The notes under the pieces are model-generated. The model ran no database searches, was not told the DNA's origin, and saw nothing but the letters and a program-made list of their open reading frames with translations. DNA of 64,000 nt, from the NCBI GenBank assembly GCA_046047235.1, contig JBJOII010000001.1, positions 31,720 through 95,719 of the forward strand, read 5' to 3'. A program made the position numbers and the translations under genes. How positions within the stretch are numbered: the first letter of the stretch is position 1; every line of letters starts with the position of its first letter. The stretch comes from Verrucomicrobiota bacterium. Its GTDB lineage: Bacteria; Verrucomicrobiota; Verrucomicrobiia; Limisphaerales; JAHDYP01. Positions 39,742 to 48,352 of this stretch are shown here, one piece after another.

Positions 39742-39957
39742 ATGAAAGAAGAAGCTATCGAAGTCGAAGGTCGTATCCACACCGTGCTCCCGGGCACGAT
39801 GTTCCGCGTCCAACTGAAGAACAACCACATGGTTCTTGCCACGATCTCGGGCAAGATCCGCCAGCGCTGGATCCGTCTCTCTGTGGGGGACCGTGTGCGC
39901 ATGCAGATGTCTCCCTACGATCTTAACAAGGCGCGCATCGTCTGGCGCCTCAGGTAG
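39742..39957 (+). CDS. infA: Translation initiation factor IF-1
   Basis: [19 protein letters not shown]...LA.ISGKIR..IR...GDRV...SPYDL.KARI. Confidence 0.95.
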   Translation: MKEEAIEVEGRIHTVLPGTMFRVQLKNNHMVLATISGKIRQRWIRLSVGDRVRMQMSPYDLNKARIVWRLR

Positions 39958-40117
39958 CACTTCAATTAGAGGCGGCAGGCGCAGGGCCCATGCCGCCGCA
40001 CCGAAGGCAGGGACGCCCCTTCCCGGTGCATTTCCTCAGGTCGGTTTCACCTTCCCGCCGGCAAAACGGGCACAGAGCCCGATTGCTTACATTCCCGACC
40101 TGCCCCATGCTGGGGCC

Positions 40118-41680
40118 ATGATCCAAGTCGATCCACTGGATGAGTTGCTGGTATGCCGGTTGGACCTGCGCCGCAAGGCAGCCGAGCCGGGCACAATTAT
40201 CATTTTCGGGGCCAGCGGCGACCTAACCTCCCGCAAGCTCATCCCCGCGCTGTTTCACCTGCATCAGGAAAAGCAGCTGCCTGAGGCACATCGGGTGATT
40301 GGTTTCGCACGAAGGGAGAAGAGCGACGACCAGTGGAGGTCCGAGCTGCGCGCTGGAATGGACCGGTTTTCGCGGACCGGGCCACCGGCGACAGACGGAT
40401 GGGATAGCTTTGCTTTACGGCTATCCTATTGTCAGGGAGACCTTGAGGATCCTGCGGCTTACCAGAGGCTGAAGGACCTGGTTGAATCGCATGCTGACGA
40501 GGCAGTGCGGGAAAACCGAACGTTCTATCTGGCAATCAAGCCGAGCCAGTTTGCTGCGGTAGCGCGCAATCTTGAACAGGCAGGATTGCTCAGCCGGGAC
40601 GAGCCCGCAGCTTCACGCCAACGGCTCGTGGTAGAAAAGCCGTTCGGGCATGATCTTCTGTCTGCACGACAGTTGAACGACGCTTTGATGGCTCATGCCC
40701 ACGAACGACAGGTCTTCCGCATCGACCATTATCTAGGGAAGGAAACCGTCCAGAACATCCTGCTGTTCAGGTTTTCGAACGCGATTTTTGAACCCTTGTG
40801 GGGCCGCCAGGCGGTTGACCATGTCCAGATAACTGTGAGTGAGAAACTGGGGGTCGGCAACCGGGGGGGATTCTATGAGGAGGCCGGCGCGATGCGGGAT
40901 ATCATCCAGAACCATCTATTGCAGGTGCTGGCCCTGATCACCATGGAACCGCCGGTGAGCCTCGAAGCTGAAGCTATCCGTGACGAGAAGGTCAAGCTAC
41001 TGAAGGCGGTGCGTCCGTTCGACGCAGCCTCGGCTGAGCGCTATTCAGTTCGCGGCCAGTATACCTCGGGCACTGTGGATGGGGAGTTGCGGCCGGGTTA
41101 CCGCGAGGAGTTGCAGGTGGATCCGGCATCGAACGTGGAAACCTTTGTCGCGATGCGCCTGATGATCGACAACTGGCGATGGTCGGGTATTCCGATTTAC
41201 GCCCGCACGGGCAAGAACCTTCCGTTGAGTGCAACGGAAGTGAGAGTGCAATTCAGGCCAACACCTCACGTGCTCTTTGCGGCGCAGTGCGGACCGCGGC
41301 TGGATGCCAACGCCATCACCCTCAGGCTGCAGCCGCATGAAGGCATCTCGCTCCGATTCAACGGCAAAGTGCCCGGGGCGAGCATGCAGATTCGTCCGGT
41401 GCGGATGCAGTTCTCCTATAACAGCGAGTTTGGCGCCTACACTCCCGAGGCCTATGAACGGCTGCTGCTGGAGGCCATGGCCGGAGATCCCACGCTGTTC
41501 ATCCGTCGCGACGAGGTTGAGGCTTCCTGGAGCATTGTGGATCCAGTGCGTCAAGTGTGGAACAGCAAGCCCCTGGAAGATGGCGAGTTTTATGCCGCTG
41601 GCTCCTGGGGTCCGGCGGCCGCCGATGAACTCCTTGCCCGCAGCGGGCACGCCTGGCGCAATCCCCAGGCGGCACAGTAG
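40118..41680 (+). CDS. zwf: Glucose-6-phosphate 1-dehydrogenase
   Basis: [36 protein letters not shown]. Confidence 0.96.
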   Translation: MIQVDPLDELLVCRLDLRRKAAEPGTIIIFGASGDLTSRKLIPALFHLHQEKQLPEAHRVIGFARREKSDDQWRSELRAGMDRFSRTGPPATDGWDSFALRLSYCQGDLEDPAAYQRLKDLVESHADEAVRENRTFYLAIKPSQFAAVARNLEQAGLLSRDEPAASRQRLVVEKPFGHDLLSARQLNDALMAHAHERQVFRIDHYLGKETVQNILLFRFSNAIFEPLWGRQAVDHVQITVSEKLGVGNRGGFYEEAGAMRDIIQNHLLQVLALITMEPPVSLEAEAIRDEKVKLLKAVRPFDAASAERYSVRGQYTSGTVDGELRPGYREELQVDPASNVETFVAMRLMIDNWRWSGIPIYARTGKNLPLSATEVRVQFRPTPHVLFAAQCGPRLDANAITLRLQPHEGISLRFNGKVPGASMQIRPVRMQFSYNSEFGAYTPEAYERLLLEAMAGDPTLFIRRDEVEASWSIVDPVRQVWNSKPLEDGEFYAAGSWGPAAADELLARSGHAWRNPQAAQ

Positions 41681-41729
41681 TACGGAGCAGGCCGCTTGCG
41701 GGAATCCTTCGGCGGGCGCATGTTGCCGG

Positions 41730-42467
41730 ATGATACCTGCACGGCGAGTCGTGCTCTTCGCCTGGGTCATTTGCGCAATGCTCACCGGTTGTCATGGAGC
41801 GGACCAAGGCGATCCTGATCGCAGCGAGGAACGCCGCCGCATGGTGCGGGAGCAGCTGGCGGCACCGGGGCGAGGCATACGGAATACCGCCGTGCTGCAA
41901 GCCATGGGCAAAGTTCCAAGGCACGAATTTGTACCCGGTTCGCAGAAGCACCATGCTTATGAGGACCGCCCCCTGCCCATCGGGTATGACCAGACTATCT
42001 CACAACCCTACGTGGTCGCGTTCATGACCGAACAGCTGGATCCCGGAATGGCTGACAAGGTGCTGGAAATAGGCACTGGATCAGGCTATCAGGCTGCGAT
42101 TCTGGCGGAACTGGTCCGAGAGGTTTACACAATTGAAATTGTTGAACCACTAGCCCGGTCAGCGAACGCCACATTCAACCGGCTGGGTTATACCAACATC
42201 CGGGTGCGCGCTGCCGACGGCTATCAGGGCTGGCAGGAGAACGCGCCATTCGACGCCATTATCGTGACGTGTGCCCCTGACCATGTTCCCGAGCCCTTGG
42301 TGCAGCAGCTCCGCGAGGGCGGGCGCATGATCATTCCTGTGGGCGACCAGGGAAGCCAGGAGCTGGTGTTGCTGGAGAAGCGGCACGGTTTACTCCACCG
42401 CCGCAGCGTGCTTCCGGTTCGCTTTGTTCCCATGACCGGCCGGGCCATGAAGCCCGCCCCCCCTTGA
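41730..42467 (+). CDS. pcm: Protein-L-isoaspartate O-methyltransferase with lipoprotein-like N-terminus
   Basis: VPRHEFV, QTISQPY, VLEIGTGSGYQAA, APFDAI, VRFVPM; N-terminal LFAWVICAMLTG-C. Confidence 0.92.
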   Translation: MIPARRVVLFAWVICAMLTGCHGADQGDPDRSEERRRMVREQLAAPGRGIRNTAVLQAMGKVPRHEFVPGSQKHHAYEDRPLPIGYDQTISQPYVVAFMTEQLDPGMADKVLEIGTGSGYQAAILAELVREVYTIEIVEPLARSANATFNRLGYTNIRVRAADGYQGWQENAPFDAIIVTCAPDHVPEPLVQQLREGGRMIIPVGDQGSQELVLLEKRHGLLHRRSVLPVRFVPMTGRAMKPAPP

Positions 42468-42612
42468 GTGGAGGGGCTATAGACCGGGAGGTTTTTCCCA
42501 TCGCTACTTGCCAAGACGTCAACTGGGGACGATTAGTACCTTAGCAGGCCTGGAAGGAGAAACTCCATGCCAGGGTTTTGGAACAGAGCGGAAACCCAGA
42601 AGCCCAGAGCTT

Positions 42613-42834
42613 ATGCGCAAGATGTTCTATGTGGACTATGCGATGTGCGGCGGAGACAACCTGCCGGACGACTTCGATCTTGAGGAATTCTGCGAGGTTC
42701 TGCAGGGGAAGCTGCAGGATGATGTGGAGGTCATCCCCGTCATGCATGGTGAGGGTCGTGCCCTAAACCGCGACGGCACTATTGTCAGTGAGACCGTCTT
42801 CCTGGAGGCACTGGGCGAGTATATCCCGCAGTAG
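42613..42834 (+). CDS. Small acidic hypothetical protein (73 aa)
   Basis: Protein-like composition, G/C-ending codons, fills an intergenic gap. Confidence 0.6.
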   Translation: MRKMFYVDYAMCGGDNLPDDFDLEEFCEVLQGKLQDDVEVIPVMHGEGRALNRDGTIVSETVFLEALGEYIPQ

Positions 42835-42894
42835 CCCCCGATGTGCTCCACACGCGATCCCTGCTCAACCGGCGAACTGTACGACAACTTGGCT

Positions 42895-42932
42895 GTACGG
42901 ATTATCGGTGCACGTACGCGAATAATCCGTTA
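42895..42932. repeat. Degenerate palindrome, family copy 3
   Basis: gtacggattat-N16-ataatccgt; same arm spacing as copies 1 and 2. Confidence 0.75.
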
Positions 42933-43046
42933 GGGTTTCTGCTGGGACTTTTGACGATGGTCTGTGGCAGAGCGGGTGTCCACATCATGCGGCGGCACGC
43001 AGGAATCGGAAAGGTCCTGCCACCGCTATTTGGGCAAAGACGGCGC

Positions 43047-44108
43047 CTAGCAGATCCGGGGCAATTGCTCCCCGCTGAGCCGGTCCAGTATCCTTCTCGC
43101 ACCGATCTGGCTGCGAAGAATGACCCTGGATGATGCCAAGGATTCAGCCAGCACGGTCCCGATGCGCCGTGCTCCGCTGCTCACCTCTTCGCCCCGGAGG
43201 ATTTCCAGTGCAGGAGCTGCGTCAGCCTCGGGAACGAAAAGCACGAAGCGTCCTTCATTGGCGACGTAGAGGGGGTCCAGGCCCAGCAACTCACAACCGC
43301 CGCGCACTTCCGAAGTCACGGGCACGCTGGCCTCTTCGATCTCGATCTCCAGCTTGCCGGTCTGGGCGATCTCATTGAGCCCACTTGAGAGCCCTCCACG
43401 GGTGAGGTCACGCAGGCATCGCACCTGAATCCCCGCTTCGAGCAGGGCGGATACTGGAGCCCAGAGCGGGGCGCAATCACTGAGTATCGGGGATTCGAAC
43501 GACAAGCCTTCACGCACTGACATGATGGCCATGCCATGTCGACCCAGGTCCCCACTGACGATCACAGCATCCCCTTGGCGTACGGATTTTGGCTGAATGA
43601 CGAGCTCATGTTGCAGTTCGCCGATGCCGGAGGTGTTCAGGAACACCTGATCTCCTTTGCCACGGTCGACGACCTTGGTATCGCCGGTGACGAATTCGAC
43701 CCCCACCTCTGCGGCCGCACGTTGCATGGACTGCACCACGCGCCAAAGGGTTTCCATGGGAAGCCCTTCTTCGAGGATCAAGCCGACACTCAACCATCGC
43801 GGTTTTGCGCCGCACATCGCAAGGTCATTGACCGTGCCATAGACCGCGAGAGAACCGATATCGCCACCCGGAAAGAATAGAGGCTTCACCACGAAGGAAT
43901 CGGTCGTGAACGCTATCCGACCCTCGTTCACCGCGAGGGCCGCACCGTCGTGCGCTTGTTCAAGCAGGGGATTGCGGAAGGCGGGAACGATCATGCGATC
44001 CAGGAGCTGCTGCATCAGAGTGCCACCACCGCCATGCGCCAGCAGCACGTGGGGATAATCCTGAATCGGCACAGGGCAACTCGAGGAAAAATCAGGGGAG
44101 GATTCCAT
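43047..44108 (-). CDS. hypE: Hydrogenase maturation carbamoyl dehydratase HypE
   Basis: [51 protein letters not shown]-terminal PRIC. Confidence 0.96.
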   Translation of the reverse strand: MESSPDFSSSCPVPIQDYPHVLLAHGGGGTLMQQLLDRMIVPAFRNPLLEQAHDGAALAVNEGRIAFTTDSFVVKPLFFPGGDIGSLAVYGTVNDLAMCGAKPRWLSVGLILEEGLPMETLWRVVQSMQRAAAEVGVEFVTGDTKVVDRGKGDQVFLNTSGIGELQHELVIQPKSVRQGDAVIVSGDLGRHGMAIMSVREGLSFESPILSDCAPLWAPVSALLEAGIQVRCLRDLTRGGLSSGLNEIAQTGKLEIEIEEASVPVTSEVRGGCELLGLDPLYVANEGRFVLFVPEADAAPALEILRGEEVSSGARRIGTVLAESLASSRVILRSQIGARRILDRLSGEQLPRIC

Positions 44109-44254
44109 CGGATTACAGTTCTTCGAGCCCATCCTCGCATCCACCACTCACTGACTCAACGAATTCCGTCGGGCACTCGAAATGCATGCGAGCGCAGCAA
44201 CCCGAGTCCCGCGTCCTCGAAATCCGATTGGTTTTTGCATTTCCTTGGGGCTAG

Positions 44255-44300
44255 TGGCGTACGGATTATTGCGACACGTGTCCCAATAATCCGTACGCCA
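44255..44300. repeat. 46-bp near-perfect palindrome, family copy 2
   Basis: tggcgtacggattattgcgacac|gtgtcccaataatccgtacgcca, one mismatch. Confidence 0.93.
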
Positions 44301-44374
44301 GATTCTCGATCGCGAGACGATTGGAGTGGGGTATTGCCGGCGGCGGGTGGGGACGGGCATAAGAATGGGAGCAC

Positions 44375-45199
44375 GTGAAGGATATGACGACAGGGTTATT
44401 GAGGGTGGTTTACGAGGACGAGGACTTGCTGGTGTTGAACAAGCCAGCGGGACTGGTGTGTCATCCGGCGAAGCGGGGGTTGGAGTCGAGTTTAAGCGGC
44501 CGGGTGCGGCTTTATTTGGGATTGGACCAGCCGGTACACCTGATCAACCGGCTGGATCGGGAGACGAGCGGGGTTGTTGTGGCGGCGAAGAGCGTGGAGG
44601 CGGCCCGGCGGTTGCGGAAGTTGTGGGCAGGGCGGGAGGTCGAGAAGGAGTACTGGGCGGTGGTGCACGGGCATGTGGAGGCGGATCGCCTGACACTGGA
44701 GGGGGCGCTGGGTCCGGACGAGGCGAGTCCGGTGGTGGTGAAGGACTGTGTTCGGCCGGACGGTGCGGAAGCGAGGACGGAAGTGGAGGTATTGAGGCGT
44801 TTTGAGCGGGACGAGGGGGCGTTCAGCTGGCTGCGGGTAATGCCGCATACGGGGCGCAAGCACCAGATCCGGATTCATCTGGCGCATGAGGGACACCCGA
44901 TTGTGGGGGACAAGCTGTATGGGAGCGACGAGCAGGCGTATTTGGATTTGTCGGGGAGCACCTTTTTTGCGGAGCAGTGGCGTTCGAGGTTACTGCTCCC
45001 CTATCAGGCGTTGCATGCGGGCAGGGTGACTTTTGAGTGGGGTGGAGAGCTATTTGAGGCCACCGGTAAGCCTGAGCCTTGGTTGATGCCTTTTGTGGAG
45101 GGGGCTCCCCTGCCCTTGTTGCCTGAGCTTTGGGCTGAACTGGAGAGCACCTCGAAGCCGCAGCCGGTTATTGGGCCAGACGGAGCCAATCCACCATAA
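44375..45199 (+). CDS. RluA family RNA pseudouridine synthase
   Basis: NKPAGLVCHP, NRLDRETSG (catalytic Asp), TGRKHQIRIH, HPIVGDKLY, LHA. Confidence 0.92.
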   Translation: MKDMTTGLLRVVYEDEDLLVLNKPAGLVCHPAKRGLESSLSGRVRLYLGLDQPVHLINRLDRETSGVVVAAKSVEAARRLRKLWAGREVEKEYWAVVHGHVEADRLTLEGALGPDEASPVVVKDCVRPDGAEARTEVEVLRRFERDEGAFSWLRVMPHTGRKHQIRIHLAHEGHPIVGDKLYGSDEQAYLDLSGSTFFAEQWRSRLLLPYQALHAGRVTFEWGGELFEATGKPEPWLMPFVEGAPLPLLPELWAELESTSKPQPVIGPDGANPP

Positions 45200-46931
45200 G
45201 CCCGATCTCGGCATCACTGAGCACTTCCTCAACCCCGAAGCGGGGCATACGGTCATTGCGATCCCCGTAGAAGCGTTCGTGTGCAGGGTCGCGAATGAAC
45301 TCGATCATCCATTGGCGTGAGCCATAGCCGGTGAGATCGGGCGCTGAAGGATCCTCGCCGAATTCACGGAAGAGATGGCACTCCGTGCAACGGAGGTCAT
45401 AATCATTCAGCAGCTCACGACCTTCTGCGATGAGTGCGGCATCGGCAGCATCGGCCCCGGCTTGAGCCGGGAGTCCGGCCTCGGCGGAGAGGGCGACGAT
45501 GGCTTTCTGGAGGTTTTCTTTAAGAGCTTCATCGAAGTCTGCGACATCGCGTTTGACGAACTTGGCCATCTTGGTATTGGCGAACTTGGTACCGCCGAAG
45601 TAGTGCGGGCCGCTGATTTGGTCGGGGTCGAGGAGGCCGGCGATCCAGCTACGGGAGGCGAACTGATGCAGATCGGGAGCGGATGGCTCACCCTGTACCT
45701 CACGGCCCAGCCCGTCGTGATGATTGAACCGGTGACAGCTGGCGCAGTGTCGCGCGAAGAGTTTGGGTCCCTGCATGAGGGGGTCGGCATGAACCATGGC
45801 GAGGCCACCCGCCGGAGGGATGCCACTGGGGCTGGAGGCGATTTCGCGGGCGCGATCGGCATCGCGGCGGGCCTGTTCTTTGGCCTGGGCATAGACGGGG
45901 TCCTGCGAGTCTTCGCGGAGCGCGAGCGTGGTGAGAGTCACGATTGTGATGGCGAGAGCGGCAATGAAGAGCCTGTTGAACATACGTCCCGGGCGTGTGG
46001 CGGCGAGCCAGGGGGTGATGGCGAGGATGGCGAAGAGGGCGGTGGGGAGGACGACTGCGCCCCACACTTCGGTTCCTCCGCGGAAGTATTTGAGGAGTTG
46101 GAAAAGCCAGAGGAAGAACCATTCAGGGCGCGCGGCGGCATACTCCTGGCTGGGATCGGCGGGAGCACCGAGTGGTGCGCCGCCGCGCGAGGCGGTCCAG
46201 GTCACGAGCAGGCCGACGAAGGCGGCGAGAACGGCGGCATCGCGCCAGGCCTGGTCGGGCCAGTAGGTTCCCTGGACGGGGCCTGCACCGCCGTCGCTAC
46301 TGGTGCGTCGCCAGCTCAACAGCCAGTGGAGCAGGAGGACGACCAGGGTAATTGCGGGCAGCAGGCCGGCATGGAGTGAGAGGAACCGGGTCAGGGTGAG
46401 GTGGGAGACCTCCTGTCCACCGAGCAGGGCGACGCGGGTGGGTTCACCGACGACGGGTGTGATGGAGAGGATATTGAGCGGGACGCGGGCGGCCCAGAAT
46501 CCGTGTTGATCGTAGGGCAGCATCCAACCGGTGACGGAAAGGCCGACGGCGAGCGGGACGAGGAGCAGGAGAGTCCAGAAGGCGACTTCTCCGGGGGCGC
46601 GCACGGCGCGGCGGAGGACGAGCTGGAGCAGGTAGATTCCGAGGAGGACGACGAAGGCCTGGGCACCGAAGTGGTGAAGGCCGCGGAGGAGCCAGCCACC
46701 GGCGACCTCATTTTGGAGGTGGTGCATGCTTTCCCATGCGGTGACTGTGCTGGCGCTGTAGTGCGTCCAGAGGAAGAAGCCGGTGATGGCCTGAGTCAGG
46801 AATGCGCCGAGGATGAGGGAGGCCCAGGCGTAGTGCCACCGGGGTCCGCCTGGCAGGGGTGCGCGAAGCACCTGAGTGAGGAGGCCGGGGATACCGGTTC
46901 GATTCTGGAGCCAGCTGAGAAGCGCCTTCAT
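45168..46931 (-). CDS. Cytochrome b/b6 fused to subunit IV and a diheme cytochrome c domain
   Basis: QAITG, GWLLRGLHH, LPYDQ, LTRFLSLH, PEWF motif, two CxxCH (CASCH, CTECH). Confidence 0.9.
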   Translation of the reverse strand: MKALLSWLQNRTGIPGLLTQVLRAPLPGGPRWHYAWASLILGAFLTQAITGFFLWTHYSASTVTAWESMHHLQNEVAGGWLLRGLHHFGAQAFVVLLGIYLLQLVLRRAVRAPGEVAFWTLLLLVPLAVGLSVTGWMLPYDQHGFWAARVPLNILSITPVVGEPTRVALLGGQEVSHLTLTRFLSLHAGLLPAITLVVLLLHWLLSWRRTSSDGGAGPVQGTYWPDQAWRDAAVLAAFVGLLVTWTASRGGAPLGAPADPSQEYAAARPEWFFLWLFQLLKYFRGGTEVWGAVVLPTALFAILAITPWLAATRPGRMFNRLFIAALAITIVTLTTLALREDSQDPVYAQAKEQARRDADRAREIASSPSGIPPAGGLAMVHADPLMQGPKLFARHCASCHRFNHHDGLGREVQGEPSAPDLHQFASRSWIAGLLDPDQISGPHYFGGTKFANTKMAKFVKRDVADFDEALKENLQKAIVALSAEAGLPAQAGADAADAALIAEGRELLNDYDLRCTECHLFREFGEDPSAPDLTGYGSRQWMIEFIRDPAHERFYGDRNDRMPRFGVEEVLSDAEIGLMVDWLRLAQ

Positions 46932-47500
46932 GTGACAGGTTCCTTTTCTTCGATACCGGGACGGAAATTCTGGAATTGGACCCAGACCTCTGAGCTGCCG
47001 CGCACTTCGGTTACGAGCTGGTCGAGACCGCGAGGGCTGGGGCTGCCGGCGCTGGCGATTTTACCGTCGAGGGCGAAGCGGCTGTCGTGGCAGGGGCAGA
47101 GGAAAGTGGTATCGCCCTGTTGATAATCGACGAGACAACCGGCATGGGGGCAGACGACATTGAGTGCTTCGACACTTTGGGAGTCGGGATTTTTGCGGAG
47201 ATAGACGGCGCCGATGCTTTGGTTAGGTTGCTTGGTCCAAGCGTTCACCTGGTCGGCGATGATGGGAAAGCGTCTGGGGGATCCGTCGTCGGGGATGGCT
47301 GAGAGGAGGGCGACTTTGACCCAGAGGCCTTGGGATTCTTCCTTTTTGCGCAGGGGCTGGAGCCAGACGCGCAGGCCGGCGAGAGGGGCGGCAAGCAGGG
47401 CGCCCAGGCCGAGCACGGTCGCGGTGAAGCCTTTGAGAAAGCCCCTACGACCCGCGCTGGTTTCGGGTGGACTCGAGTGTGAGCTGGACATGGACGACAT
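46928..47500 (-). CDS. Rieske 2Fe-2S subunit
   Basis: GRRGFLK Tat anchor, CPHAGC and CPCHDS boxes, SPRGLD. Confidence 0.93.
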   Translation of the reverse strand: MSSMSSSHSSPPETSAGRRGFLKGFTATVLGLGALLAAPLAGLRVWLQPLRKKEESQGLWVKVALLSAIPDDGSPRRFPIIADQVNAWTKQPNQSIGAVYLRKNPDSQSVEALNVVCPHAGCLVDYQQGDTTFLCPCHDSRFALDGKIASAGSPSPRGLDQLVTEVRGSSEVWVQFQNFRPGIEEKEPVT

Positions 47501-47536
47501 GAGTTGCAATGCGACGGGTTCAGGACGGGCACCGCG

Positions 47537-48226
47537 CTATTCGACTGGGACGCGGATGCGGATATTGCGATAGAAGACCTCATCGACATGGTCAGTCAAG
47601 AGGATGTGCCCCTTGACGCGTTTGCCGAAGTTGGGGACGGACTTGAATTTGCTTTTGGCGATGGACTGGAGGACTTCGTCACTGCCGAGCTGGTAGTCGA
47701 GGACCTTTTTGCCATTGAGCCAGTGTTGGACGTGGTCGCCACGGGCCACGATGCGTGAATGATTCCAGTCACCGATTCTGTAGGATTTCAGGGTCTCATC
47801 GGGGGCGAGGATGTCGTAGAATCCTCCGGTTTTACCCGTGGCGTGGTTGGCTCCGACCGTGGCGTCGTCGATCATCTGGTATTCGTGGCCGATACCGCGA
47901 CCGCGTTCGGGCACGACGAAGTATTTAATGCCATTATTGCCGCGGGGGCTGATCTTCCATTCCCATTCCAGCTCGAACTGGTCGTAGGTTTCCGTGCTGG
48001 CGAGGTTGCCGCCACGAACGCCCTGTTGTTTATGGAGAACACCTTCCTGGATCTCCCAGCCTTGGGTGGGCGGCTCACCGGTATCGAGCAGTATCCAGTT
48101 GGTGAACGTCTTGCCGTCGAAGAGCTCACGCCATTCGCCCCATCCTTCGTCGGACTGCACTTGGGTTTGGGCGGTGAGATCGAGCGTGATGAGACACGCG
48201 AAGGCCAGTGCAACAAGAGTTTTCAT
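47537..48226 (-). CDS. DUF1080 (3-keto-glycoside hydrolase/lyase-like) exported protein
   Basis: LFDGKT..W, FELEWEWK, NNGIKY, EYQMIDD, WNHSRI, HWLNG, GHILLTDH, YRNIRIR. Confidence 0.88.
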   Translation of the reverse strand: MKTLVALAFACLITLDLTAQTQVQSDEGWGEWRELFDGKTFTNWILLDTGEPPTQGWEIQEGVLHKQQGVRGGNLASTETYDQFELEWEWKISPRGNNGIKYFVVPERGRGIGHEYQMIDDATVGANHATGKTGGFYDILAPDETLKSYRIGDWNHSRIVARGDHVQHWLNGKKVLDYQLGSDEVLQSIAKSKFKSVPNFGKRVKGHILLTDHVDEVFYRNIRIRVPVE

Positions 48227-48352
48227 GCTTGGGCGGTGTAGGAATGAGTGTAGAGGTTCGCGCATAGGCGGGTGCGTGTCGAGTCCGTGTTGGGGGCAGT
48301 GAGGGATGCACGCTTCTGCAACCTGCCCCTCCGGGTTCGCGAGGGGAACGTG

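Noticed and set aside
39836-40117. Long N-terminal extensions of zwf (also pcm 41277, xerD 34205, mscK 39560, 55745 ORF)
   Set aside because: Upstream open frames overlap neighbouring genes or promoters and lack family similarity; downstream ATGs fit the families.
43576-43588. tggcgtacggatt half-site inside hypE
   Set aside because: It matches the palindrome arm but has no partner arm and lies in coding sequence; may be chance.
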